IMG/VR virus record: IMGVR_UViG_3300045988_177049
Location: 1-64,000 of that record
Source of the DNA: a virus
DNA length: 64,000 nucleotides
Direction: 5' to 3' (one strand)
Shown here: in pieces, positions 18,200 through 27,846 of the stretch
How positions within the stretch are numbered: position 1 is the first letter of the stretch
How the letters are laid out: each line of letters begins with the position of its first letter
Program-made: the position numbers and the translations under genes
The notes under the pieces: model-generated
The model's input: the letters and a program-made list of their open reading frames with translations, nothing else
What the model was told of the DNA's origin: nothing
The model's database searches: none

Positions 18200-18560
18200 T
18201 ATTCGTGGTCACCAAAGCGCCATTACAGGGTCATTGTTGACCCATTATCGCGCCATCTTTGACCCACCATTGCAACAGGTTTGGAGCTGGTCAATAACGC
18301 GCCAATATAGACCCATTATGAGACCAGATAAGAACCATTCTTTGGTCACCATTGCACCACCATAATGCATGGTCATAGAAAACCCATTATTAGACCAGCA
18401 TTAGGCCAACAAAGAACCCGATAAGAACCACGTAGTACTAGTGGTCATAGAAAGCCCATTAAAAGAACATTTATTGGTCTAATAATGACCAGATAAGAAC
18501 CACACACGTACCGTGGCGTTTATCTGGTCTAATCGTGACCATATAACGGTCAATGATGAC
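18200..18560. repeat. Iteron-rich AT-rich non-coding block (candidate origin, partition or regulatory site)
   Basis: GACCAGATAAGAACCA at 18322-18337 and 18489-18504. Partial CCGATAAGAACCA at 18416-18430. Inverted TTATCTGGTC at 18521-18530. Repeated GGTCATAGAAA(a/g)CCCATTA units and multiple CCCATTAT motifs. No ORF. Confidence 0.5.
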
Positions 18561-18619
18561 CATTTTTAGGCCACCATTGCGCCACGAAATGTGCATCCAC
18601 AGGAGCAATATGACCATCA

Positions 18620-20700
18620 ATGGGCGGCGCTGACAAAGGCGCAACACCACCACCACGCAGCCTTGCTCAGGCGGTTATTACTGCCCCATCACAGCAACGC
18701 TTGACGCATGGGTTGCGGGCGCTTGTGCGCCCATTGCTCGCCCACATGCACCCCGCGAGTTGCCAGCCATTTTCTGGCACGCAGCAACTCGTGGTACAGG
18801 CCCATGTGCCTATTTTTTATTCATGCGGAGTGATACATATGCACCTCGCGATGCATCGCGAGGTGACCCAGCCTGATGCAGATTCCTGCATCAGGCCAAG
18901 CACATACTGCTGCTGCATAGACAGCAGCAAAATGTGGCGCACAGGGGTGCACACACCCCTGTTACAGTCACGTGCGTGATGCCCGTGACAGGGCTTGTGC
19001 AAGCCCTTGGTCCATGTGGCAGTGCACCACCACCAGATGAGTCCAGAGCAGGCTCTGAAAGCATGTCACGCCGCATGTGTACTACACATACGTCGCGCCA
19101 TGCTGATGCCTCATCTGGTGGACCGTTGATGGGGGCTTCGCCGACATGTTCGTCTGTGCACATAAAGACATGCACCCGGGGTGTTCAGACCCGATGGATC
19201 CCCACCGGGTACTATCCACAGCCTCATCCACACTGTGGATAAGTCTGTGTATAAAGGGTTGATACACAGACGAATAAACGTCTCTGAAACGGCCCCTAGA
19301 AGGCCGTCTCAGAGCCTGGAATTGTGTCAACGGAGCATGTACAAGCCATGCTCCTTAACGGCGTACACGGGCCTGTACCAGGCCCCACAAGACGGGAAAC
19401 AGAACAGTGTGCCAAACCTGCGCTCGCTCGGTTCGTCACCCTGTTTCGCGGCTATTGCCGCATGGCGGTACCACGGTGCCAAGCACGCTTGTCACGTGGT
19501 CACGCCTCAATCCCGTCTGATCAGGGCAAACAGGCAGGCGTGGTACCACGTCTCGGAGGCGGTACCGCCTCAACGACCCGTGGTACCACCGGGGGTGGTA
19601 CCGCCTGTTTTCCCTTTTGTTACGCCACTTTGCCCACCTTACGCTCCCTAGAGGTCGCTGGCGGTGGAGTGGGAATAAAAGGGCATAAGAGGGGCTGGCT
19701 CAGTCGTACGCAAAGCGTACTCCTTCGGTCGGCATAGCCGACAGCCCTTCGGTCGTGGTCTCGCTCCGCTTCGACCCCTCCCTCACCTCTCTACGCTATC
19801 GCTTCGAGAGGCTCTTACTGCGCCTGTTCCGCGTTGCTCCACAGGCTTGCCCTACGCACCCCCACCGGGGCTGCTCCGGGTGCCCTTCTGCGCGTCTGTT
19901 CCAGACGCTTGAAACACGACCCAGACTCCCGTCTGTGTCACCGGGTCTCGACAATGAGACCCGCGTACCACGGCGATGGACCACATGTCGTTGCTTTGCG
20001 GGGAACACCCACAAAGCAACACCTGGGTCACCGTGGGTACAGATACCCAAGAGGGTCGCCAAGGGCAAAACACCCTCTTCGGTATCCGACAAGTCACGGC
20101 CTCATTACTTCGACCCTGATAGCACCGCCTGTTGACGTAAAAAGAACCCATGTTTTTGAGGTCAGCTCAAAAACACAGGCTCAGGAAGTAGCAAACAGCC
20201 GGATCAGACAATGGCACAACCAGAGGTTGCACCGAATGTCACCACAGGTATCACAAAAGTGATGCTCATAAGAAAAGTGGTGGGGCCACTGGTGGTGCAT
20301 CCTCTGAAAATACAGAGGGTGCATCACCCATATAAATTCATGTGCCCCGCCAAACAATATTGGCATAAAACATGGAACAAGACTGTGTACACGCCGCGCT
20401 CATCGCGCCGACATGACATACGCACAAATCTTGCCATGAGGCTCATAGATCGCTCAAAAGAAAGGCTCCATTGGATGAAAACCAATGGAACAAAACCTTT
20501 CTTCATCGCACCAAAAATGCCACACAAAGGAGGGAGTCGGGTGTCCCTGCCGGAGACACCGGGGTTCTGTTCTGAATCAAAAATGATTCCTGTAATGATT
20601 TCATCAGGTGAGAGCAGCTCGCCAGGGGCGAGCCGAGCACGCTCATAGAGACATATCGTGGTTTATAAATGACCAGATAAAAACCACGAAAACACCCGAT
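18620..20700. other. About 2 kb GC-rich region without a credible ORF, densely packed with perfect palindromes/stem-loops (candidate structured RNA or protein-binding array)
   Basis: All six-frame ORFs here have aberrant Arg/Cys/His/Pro-rich composition. Palindromes include CACCTCGCGATGCATCGCGAGGTG (18842-18865), CCTGATGCAGattcCTGCATCAGG, CAGGGGTGcacaCACCCCTG, GGGCTTGtgCAAGCCC, CTCTGAAACGGCC...GGCCGTCTCAGAG, and GGCGGTACCGCC / CGTGGTACCACG (19538-19608). Confidence 0.4.
20658..20687. promoter_or_regulatory. Operator-like dyad carrying the GACCAGATAAAAACCA motif upstream of the 20720 gene
   Basis: GTGGTTTATaaatGACCAGATAAAAACCAC, about 35 nt upstream of the ATG at 20720. Confidence 0.45.
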
Positions 20701-20719
20701 GAAAAGACAGGAGTCCCGC

Positions 20720-21235
20720 ATGACTCAGACCAACGATGCCGAGAATCGGCAAATGACCGTCATGGTCATTACGGAACCAAGCACCCCAACGTTCCAATTC
20801 GGAGAAACGATTGCTGACGCAATTGGAGAAACGAAAAAGACAATCTCTTCGGCGCAGAACGAACAAGACGTTGCTATCGTGACAAACAGCCTGTACCTCA
20901 ACGGCTGGGCGCACAAGCATGGCTACAATGCCACGCTCGTCAATGACGAGGAAATGCTCACGCGCATCACAAACGAAAATATCCCCATCATCATGATGGC
21001 TCCATCCGTTGAAAACCTCGTGATCAAACGCGGAGAACTCGCGCTCCTGCCAAACGAAGAAAACATCCTCGTCGCTATCCAAAACGAACTATTACGTACA
21101 GATGACGAAGACCAACCCGTTCATGCCGGTACACTGATTACGCTGGTACTTCCACCCGAATGCGGAATGGTACAAGCGGATAGTGATCCTGACACGTACG
21201 TCAGAATGACCGGAACACCAAAACTTTCCAACTGA
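20720..21235 (+). CDS. Hypothetical protein
   Basis: 171-aa ORF with RBS gacaggag. The longer track ORF start at 20699 is unlikely. Confidence 0.45.
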   Translation: MTQTNDAENRQMTVMVITEPSTPTFQFGETIADAIGETKKTISSAQNEQDVAIVTNSLYLNGWAHKHGYNATLVNDEEMLTRITNENIPIIMMAPSVENLVIKRGELALLPNEENILVAIQNELLRTDDEDQPVHAGTLITLVLPPECGMVQADSDPDTYVRMTGTPKLSN

Positions 21236-21324
21236 GGCCCACAAAAGATCTCAAAGAACGCCCTTGATGAGGGTGATCCGACAGCCTCACCCCAACACAG
21301 ACATCATCATCAAGGAGAACACTC

Positions 21325-22464
21325 ATGATTAAGAACATTCACTTCACCAACCCGAAGCTGTGGTCCAAGAAGAACAAGATCATTGCAGCCATCGTTGCAG
21401 CAGTTCTGGTTCTGGCTAGTATCGCAGGTGCGGTTATCACCTCGCGCATCCAGCACCAGAAGGAATGCCAGGCTCGCTCCGTAGCTTTCGCTGACAAGCT
21501 GACCCAGCTGGATCAGTCCACTGCCAAGGCTCACGACGCACTTGCTACCGTCGATGAGTCCGTGAAGGAAGGCGAAGGCGCACGTCTTGCACACACTGAA
21601 GGTTTCACTCTTGCTCCCGAAGGACAGAGCGCAACCGCTGAACTGAACGACGCGATCACCAAGGCTGACGAAACCAAGACCTCTGAGGCTGCAAAGGCAC
21701 GCGCAGAAGAAGGCAAGTGCCTGAGCCAGCAGGATGTCACCGATGCAGAGGCAGCTGTCAAGGCTGTTGACGACAAGACTCAGTCGTTCGTGAATGCTCG
21801 CGACGCATACCGCCTGACCAAGGCAACCGACGAAGCAAACTCCACCATGGACGCTGCGAAGGCAAACCTTGCCGAGGCTCAGAAGAACGCAGACGAGCAA
21901 ATCAAGGCCGTTGACGACGACTCGCAGATGGCCTCTGATGGAAACGTCAAGGGTGCATACGACGCTCTGAAGAACGTCAACAACGAATCGCACTCCCTCT
22001 CAACCACTGTGACCATCTCTTCCTACGACGAGGCTGTTGCATCCATCGCAAAGGCAAAGGAGGTCGACCAGAAGGCCAACGACATCAAGAAGGATCTGGA
22101 GTCGTTGAAGAACGCTGTGAACACCTACCAGGAAGCCAAGGCTGCTGAGGCGGCTGCTGCTTCTCGCTCCGCTCAGCAGAGCGCATCCTCTAACGGTGGC
22201 TCGGCTCGCTCCTACGGTTCAACAGGAGGTTCTCAGTCGCGCTCCTACTCTAACGGTGGCGGATCTAGCTCCGGCTCCACCGGCGGATCGTCCTACTCTG
22301 GCGGTGGATCTAACTCCGGTGGTTCTAGCTCTGGATCTACTAGTAACCAAAGCCAAAGCAAGACCGGCGATGAAAGCTGGCGGCAATACGTCAAGAGCGG
22401 CAGTGAGATCAAGCCTGGACAACATTGCTACAACGTAGGCAAAGACCAATACATCTGTGCCTGA
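21325..22464 (+). CDS. Membrane-anchored coiled-coil protein with Gly/Ser-rich C-terminal region
   Basis: N-terminal TM IIAAIVAAVLVLASIAGAVI. Long Ala/Lys/Glu-rich helical region. GGSSSGSTGGSSYSGGGS repeats. C-terminal Cys pair. Confidence 0.5.
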   Translation: MIKNIHFTNPKLWSKKNKIIAAIVAAVLVLASIAGAVITSRIQHQKECQARSVAFADKLTQLDQSTAKAHDALATVDESVKEGEGARLAHTEGFTLAPEGQSATAELNDAITKADETKTSEAAKARAEEGKCLSQQDVTDAEAAVKAVDDKTQSFVNARDAYRLTKATDEANSTMDAAKANLAEAQKNADEQIKAVDDDSQMASDGNVKGAYDALKNVNNESHSLSTTVTISSYDEAVASIAKAKEVDQKANDIKKDLESLKNAVNTYQEAKAAEAAAASRSAQQSASSNGGSARSYGSTGGSQSRSYSNGGGSSSGSTGGSSYSGGGSNSGGSSSGSTSNQSQSKTGDESWRQYVKSGSEIKPGQHCYNVGKDQYICA

Positions 22465-22476
22465 TCCACATACACT

Positions 22477-22520
22477 AAAACCCCGTAGCTCGGTTCATCA
22501 CCGCGCTACGGGGTTTTGGT
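22477..22520 (+). terminator. Intrinsic terminator hairpin
   Basis: aaaaccccgtagc ... gctacggggtttt. Same CCCCGTAGC stem as the terminators at 3548 and 4813. Confidence 0.6.
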
Positions 22521-22542
22521 ATCACCGAAAGGATAAATACAC

Positions 22543-23049
22543 ATGAACAACACCATCGCATGGATACTGACAACATTTGTCATTGTGACGATCATATTGG
22601 ATCTCAGCACATTCATCCTGATGAAAACCAATAACAAAGCATATGAACAGAACGGAAACAACACTCGTAAGGGAAAAGCGTACTGGGCATATCTCGCAAT
22701 ATCGAGATCAGCTTTCGCAATAACAATTGCAGCCGTAGGGTTGATCGGATGTTTTGGCTTTCAAGCATTAGCCAATCTAATGATCCAACACAAAAACGCC
22801 GCAATTTACATCATTACAGCCTGTATATGCGTAGTTATTGCAACAGCAACCGGGTATCTAACAAAACGCGACATCAGAGAAGAACAGCAAAAATATGACG
22901 TCAATCAAGACTATGAAACACTACCGTTAGAAACTTTCATCGATCCCAAAGATGAAATAACTGTCAATAAGATCGGCCTCTGGCTACTCGTCAACATCCT
23001 CATGAGCGGCTGCATCATAACATTTGCCGTAATTCTCACACACGTATAG
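22543..23049 (+). CDS. Integral membrane protein (about 4 TM)
   Basis: 168 aa with four hydrophobic segments. AT-richer codon usage. Confidence 0.45.
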   Translation: MNNTIAWILTTFVIVTIILDLSTFILMKTNNKAYEQNGNNTRKGKAYWAYLAISRSAFAITIAAVGLIGCFGFQALANLMIQHKNAAIYIITACICVVIATATGYLTKRDIREEQQKYDVNQDYETLPLETFIDPKDEITVNKIGLWLLVNILMSGCIITFAVILTHV

Positions 23050-23085
23050 CTATGAAACTCTAACAACGAAAGGAGATATCACCGC

Positions 23086-24957
23086 ATGACTTCACAGCAA
23101 GACGCACCCCCGCTTGACATCGACGAATCCATGTTCGGCGTGAACGGCGAAGACTTGTTCAACCGTGTGCGCGAACGGATGGGCTGGACGGATCAGTACC
23201 TCAAAGAGATCAACGACCCTCACCATCCCCTGCTCAAAGACATTGACCGTATGGTCATGGCCCTAGAGATGATGCGAGCACAGGATCAAGAGATCACGAT
23301 CGTTCCAGACTTTGACACAGACGGTATTTGCGCAGGAACCATCCTGTACGCGGGCTTATGTGAAATGGGCGTGAAAACCAATCTCCACGTCCCGGACTAC
23401 CACTTGGGCCACGAGATCCAACCCTCGGTCATTGAAACTGTTATGGAGCAGTCCCCGCGCACCGCAGCCATCATCACGTGCGATGCTGGAACTAACAGTC
23501 GGGACGCACTCACCTACGCCAACCACATTGGTCTCCTCACCTTCGTGACCGACCACCATGTGGAAGAGGGTAAATCTCTTGCGCATATTCTCATCAATCC
23601 CAACCGTGGGGATGAGACATACCCGAACAAAGAGATTTGCGGAGCGCACGTTGCCTACCAGCTCGTCGAACGATACGCGTCCGTCTACCACCCGGATGCT
23701 CTCTCGTCGATCACATGGCTGAAAACCTTTGCTGGGATCGGAACAGTAGCCGACGTCATGGGTCTGGTTTATGAAAACCGAGATCTCGTGCGTGAAGCAC
23801 TCATGTTCACCCGTTTGCTCATTGCAACCCCTGAACCAAGCTACACGCCGAGAAAGAAGTCTCGCTACGAAGAACCAGATGAGTTCGATGGCCTAAGCCT
23901 CGACATTGATCGAACGCCCACTCTGCTCTCCATGCTCCGCTCTCAAAACCACCACCCGGTGTACATGCGGGCCTTCGAGGGTATGAACCTCTTGCTCCAA
24001 GCAATTGGAGCAACACATGACAGAGTGGACGAGCAACTCTACGGGTTCTCAGTGGCTCCGGCGTTCAACGCAACCCGCCGCGTGGACGGAGACTACACGA
24101 CAGGGTTCGCAGTCTTCACGGCTGACACTCGCGAAGAACAAAAGGAAGCTGCTGAACGTCTCGTTGAATACAACGAAACGCGTAAGCAGCAGGTGCGTGA
24201 GATCCTCAGCGACATCATGGACGGTGACCAACCCTGGGCACCGTACGTGTTTGTCACGGATGCCCTACCTGGGATGCTCGGTCTCATTGCGCAAAACCTC
24301 ATGCTCATGCACGCTCATCCTGTGGCAGTAGTCCATATCCATGACGACGGATCATGCTCAGGTTCCATGCGCTCCCCCACATGGTTCCCGATCATTGAGC
24401 AGCTCGCGTCTGTGGGTAATCCCAAGATGGGTGCTCAAGGCCACGAGTTCGCCTGTGGTGTTCATGCACCATCGGCATCTGATCTATGCGATGCTCTGAC
24501 CTACCTCGTGCCCAAGCAACGCGATGCAGTGATCGCTCAGCAAGGTATTCTCATCCAAGATGATCCAGCTGCTCTGACCCTTGGTCTCAGTGCAGACGCA
24601 GATGCACCCCTTGATGAGATCCAAGCGATTACGCAGTACATGGATCACGTCAAGAAACTCGCGCCGTTTGGCCATGGCTTCCCAGCCCCACCCGTCGACA
24701 TGGTGATCAACCTTGCGATGTGTTCGATCAATACCCTCGGTAACGACAACCAGCACCTCAAGATCACAACACCAGAAGGCGTCGCTCTCTTGTGGTGGAA
24801 CAGGGCGGACGCTGCACCAGGTCTCATGGAGCGGAAGAACAGCAAGGATATCAAAGACACCACGTGTCGCTTCAGGGTGACATTAGGTCTCAATACCTTT
24901 GCTGGGCATACCACGCTACAAGGGATCATCGACCACGAGGTCGAAAACATGGGGTAA
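23086..24957 (+). CDS. DHH-family phosphoesterase, RecJ-like single-strand DNA exonuclease
   Basis: Motif I PDFDTDGICAG. Motif II ITCDAG. DHH motif FVTDHHVEE. Size 623 aa. RBS aaaggagatatc. Confidence 0.6.
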   Translation: MTSQQDAPPLDIDESMFGVNGEDLFNRVRERMGWTDQYLKEINDPHHPLLKDIDRMVMALEMMRAQDQEITIVPDFDTDGICAGTILYAGLCEMGVKTNLHVPDYHLGHEIQPSVIETVMEQSPRTAAIITCDAGTNSRDALTYANHIGLLTFVTDHHVEEGKSLAHILINPNRGDETYPNKEICGAHVAYQLVERYASVYHPDALSSITWLKTFAGIGTVADVMGLVYENRDLVREALMFTRLLIATPEPSYTPRKKSRYEEPDEFDGLSLDIDRTPTLLSMLRSQNHHPVYMRAFEGMNLLLQAIGATHDRVDEQLYGFSVAPAFNATRRVDGDYTTGFAVFTADTREEQKEAAERLVEYNETRKQQVREILSDIMDGDQPWAPYVFVTDALPGMLGLIAQNLMLMHAHPVAVVHIHDDGSCSGSMRSPTWFPIIEQLASVGNPKMGAQGHEFACGVHAPSASDLCDALTYLVPKQRDAVIAQQGILIQDDPAALTLGLSADADAPLDEIQAITQYMDHVKKLAPFGHGFPAPPVDMVINLAMCSINTLGNDNQHLKITTPEGVALLWWNRADAAPGLMERKNSKDIKDTTCRFRVTLGLNTFAGHTTLQGIIDHEVENMG

Positions 24958-24976
24958 TAACCCCGCACCACATGCG

Positions 24977-25010
24977 CAAGGGGGTGGTGAAATGCCACCC
25001 CCTTGTGTAA
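24977..25010 (+). terminator. Stem-loop terminator
   Basis: caagggggtgg tgaaatg ccacccccttg. Confidence 0.5.
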
Positions 25011-25029
25011 ACCCGCAGAAAGGAACCTT

Positions 25030-25809
25030 ATGAGCAACAACCCACAGTCACACACGCAGCCAAACACAATACGTATCCTACTCACGGCTGGCGGAGCTAT
25101 TGCGGCATACGTCGTGACCATGACGGTGCTCTACGCTCTCACGCACAAAGTAGTTTTCACACTTGCGTTCACCAATGGTCTCGCAGCCACATACGTCATC
25201 ATCTGGCGGAAGCGACATGCGTCATCACCACTCATCGCGAAGATCCGCAAATCGTGGTGGAGATTATCGTTAGATACCTTAGCCGCAATACTAGAGACCA
25301 TAGCGATCTATCTGGGTGCATCGACTATCGCTCTATTAGTCAAGAACGCGATGAACGCACCATCACCGATCCAAAACATCACAGACGCGGTATCCATCGC
25401 AGCGCTTGCAACGCTGAGCATCCTCATCGTGCCAATCGGTGAAGAAGCACTGATGCGTGGGTTTGTCTATCCCGTCATGCGACAGCGATTCTCAGCACCA
25501 GTAACAATTGCACTTTCAGCGTGTCTATTCGCGCTTCTGCACGGCAACATCGTGCAGATCATCCTCACGCTACCCCTTGGGATCGCGTGCGGTTACATGT
25601 ACGAACAAACACACAGCCTGATGCAATGCATTGGGATCCACGTGCTATTCAACGCCTTCACATTTATCACGCATACTCCAACCCTCAGCACATTGCGCGT
25701 AGTAGAAGCACTAGCGACAGCTCTCATCGTTTCCGTACTGTGGGTACTGTTGATGCATCTGGATGACAGTGATATAGACAGACACAGGGTGTTCTATTCT
25801 GAAAAGTAG
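25030..25809 (+). CDS. CPBP-family intramembrane metalloprotease (CAAX protease / Abi domain)
   Basis: Multi-TM protein. Motif 1 GEEALMRGFVYP (EExxxR). Motif 2 FALLHGN (FxxxH). Motif 3 HVLFN. RBS gaaaggaacc. Confidence 0.6.
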   Translation: MSNNPQSHTQPNTIRILLTAGGAIAAYVVTMTVLYALTHKVVFTLAFTNGLAATYVIIWRKRHASSPLIAKIRKSWWRLSLDTLAAILETIAIYLGASTIALLVKNAMNAPSPIQNITDAVSIAALATLSILIVPIGEEALMRGFVYPVMRQRFSAPVTIALSACLFALLHGNIVQIILTLPLGIACGYMYEQTHSLMQCIGIHVLFNAFTFITHTPTLSTLRVVEALATALIVSVLWVLLMHLDDSDIDRHRVFYSEK

Positions 25810-25948
25810 AACAATGGGAGGTGCGCCGGTAGAGCAAGCGCCCTAACCGTCGCACCTCTCGGTCCGTACACAGTACGAACCGGGGTTGAGAGTGAAGAAA
25901 CAAAAGTTTCTCACGCCGCCTATATCAAGGCGCGAAAGGAGTTCAGCC

Positions 25949-26521
25949 ATGATCATTCAACACGGTCTCGTGTACGACAACCGGCAAAACCTCGTCGTTC
26001 CCACGCTGCCGAAGAATCTTGGTCCGTGGAATCCGCCAGCGCCTGACCAAGGTAGCGAGCCTATGGATGACACGCCGAATGCGATCATCCGCCACGTGCT
26101 TTACAGCCGCGATCCAAAACAGACGAAAGATGAACTGCTCGGTAGCTTGGCGTATTACATGATCAAAGATCGCCTACGCTACCGCCACGCGATCCTCATC
26201 CGTGAACGTGTCGTCTTCCTCAAGCGAGCACGCGTATACGCGGTAGAGTTCGTCTATGCGATGCCAGATGTCACCTCAGTTGAATACAAACTGTGGCGAG
26301 AACGGCAAGCGAACAATGGCTTCACGCGAGCTGAACTTCAAGCTCAGCGCCAAGCTGACGACGAACGATGGGCCGACTACCATTCTCTACGATGGAACCC
26401 CGCCAAGCATCGCGCTAAGAAGCGCGCACGTGCACAAGCTAAGGCTCAGACACAAATGCGCAAAACTACACGTTGCGCAGATCGTAGCTCACTGTGGCCG
26501 TTGCAGGCCCACAGCCTCTAG
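25949..26521 (+). CDS. Hypothetical protein with a basic C-terminus
   Basis: 190-aa ORF. C-terminal KHRAKKRARAQAKAQTQMRK. Confidence 0.4.
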   Translation: MIIQHGLVYDNRQNLVVPTLPKNLGPWNPPAPDQGSEPMDDTPNAIIRHVLYSRDPKQTKDELLGSLAYYMIKDRLRYRHAILIRERVVFLKRARVYAVEFVYAMPDVTSVEYKLWRERQANNGFTRAELQAQRQADDERWADYHSLRWNPAKHRAKKRARAQAKAQTQMRKTTRCADRSSLWPLQAHSL

Positions 26522-26553
26522 ACCCGAGACCCCAAGGGGCCTCTTTCGCGAAA

Positions 26554-26593
26554 AGAACAAGGGCCATCCCAAACGGGGTGGCCCTTGTTTTAT
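26554..26593 (+). terminator. Intrinsic terminator hairpin
   Basis: gaacaagggcca ... tggcccttgtt followed by ttatcat. Confidence 0.55.
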
Positions 26594-27041
26594 CATCACG
26601 TGGATCATTGTCACTACATCGCACATAAAGAAAAACGAACGGGAGCCGTCCCACCAGCTCCCGTTCGTCTGTGCATGTGCAGTCCCACATCGTCCTGAAT
26701 CTCGGTGTCCCACGAACCCGAATCAACCTGACATACAAAGCATATATGATCGGGCAACACACGGCAACAACAAATTGCAAAACTGACAACGAAGCCGTTT
26801 GTGATGTCTGACACAAACAACCCAAAATGGTCCAAAATAACGATGAAGCCCTCTGTGACATCAAACACATTTCATCACACCATACAACATGTTGATGAAA
26901 CAACATTTCATGCTCATGTGATGGCCGTCACTCCAAAAACCGATAAAAAGCCTATTGTAGCAGGTGTTGCATATATAGGGTGCTACGTGCAACACCCCCA
27001 TTTTCCCTGAGATACCAACGAAAAACAAAAAGCGTTGCACA

Positions 27042-27495
27042 AGCTGCTACACTCCAAAAACATACCTGCTACAGCACTTTTCGTTACAATTGCAACGAAA
27101 GATGTCATTTGTAGCACGCGTAGCGCGTTTTTGGCCCCATTTTGCCTAAATGCGCGTGTGTGCGCGTGTATGCGCGCGTGATACACCATGCCAAACGTCT
27201 CTGTCAAGTAACCATCTCAGGATATGAACAACTTCGCCCTCGGTATTGACAAGGGCGACCCCATCAGGTATCACGCGTGTGCGCACACGCATACGTGTAG
27301 AGACCCTTAAATACCTGCTACATTTGCTACAAAGTGGGTTTACTGGTGATATATCAATAAAAAGTGTTGTAGCAGTTTTTTAATAGAAATTATTATATAT
27401 AATAATAAACCGTTGATATACCGCCAAAAAGTCATGTAGCAGATATTTTCTAATAAATGCTACAACTGAGAAAAAACTGCTACACGCCCCTCTCA
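27042..27495. repeat. Candidate replication origin: about 9 iterons (C)TGCTACA / TGTAGCA(G) flanking an AT-rich unwinding element, plus a Pu/Py alternating tract and a GCGTGTGCGCACACGC palindrome
   Basis: Iteron copies at about 27044, 27067, 27112, 27316, 27326, 27367, 27436, 27459 and 27479. AT-rich core 27345-27425 (tatcaataaaaagtgttgtagcagttttttaatagaaattattatatataataataaa). gcgcgtgtgtgcgcgtgtatgcgcgcgtg at 27143-27180. Immediately upstream of the primase-helicase gene. Confidence 0.5.
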
Positions 27496-27543
27496 AAGGC
27501 CCGCCTGCTCCCCCGATATGAGAATAAAGCTTCGCCGAAGAAG

Positions 27544-27846
27544 CCCCACATCCACGAGAAGGCACCTGGGAGCCTCTCTACGGCCCGAACAGAGGCTGGG
27601 AGCTATGTGGGGGGGGTGCACAAATAAATGTTCGTGGCTTTAAACAGCCGTTTAGAACGTCCTATGCACATCCGACTTCATGACCACTGCTCACTGAGTC
27701 TCGTCAACATAGGACTCGAACCTCACTGACGAATCTCCCCACCCACGAGAACGCACTCAGGAGCCTCTCTGCGGCCCTGAAAGGGACAGAGAGCTATGTG
27801 GGTACCCAAACCTATTTTCATGGCTTCTAAAGCCCGTTTAGACGCG
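27544..27846. repeat. Two imperfect direct repeats of about 110 bp (27544-27659 and 27737-27846), each with internal dyad symmetry
   Basis: CCCCACaTCCACGAGAAgGCAC..GGAGCCTCTCT.CGGCCC..A..G...GAGCTATGTGGG ... TTCgTGGCTTtAAAcaGCCGTTTAGAaCG aligns at about 75% between the copies. The outer stem is CCCCACAT/ATGTGGGG. Confidence 0.5.

Noticed and set aside
19181-20648. Several 100-156-aa ORFs in the 18.6-20.7 kb region
   Set aside because: Their composition (Arg/Cys/His/Pro-rich), lack of RBSs and mutual overlaps argue they are non-coding. The region is treated as structured non-coding DNA.
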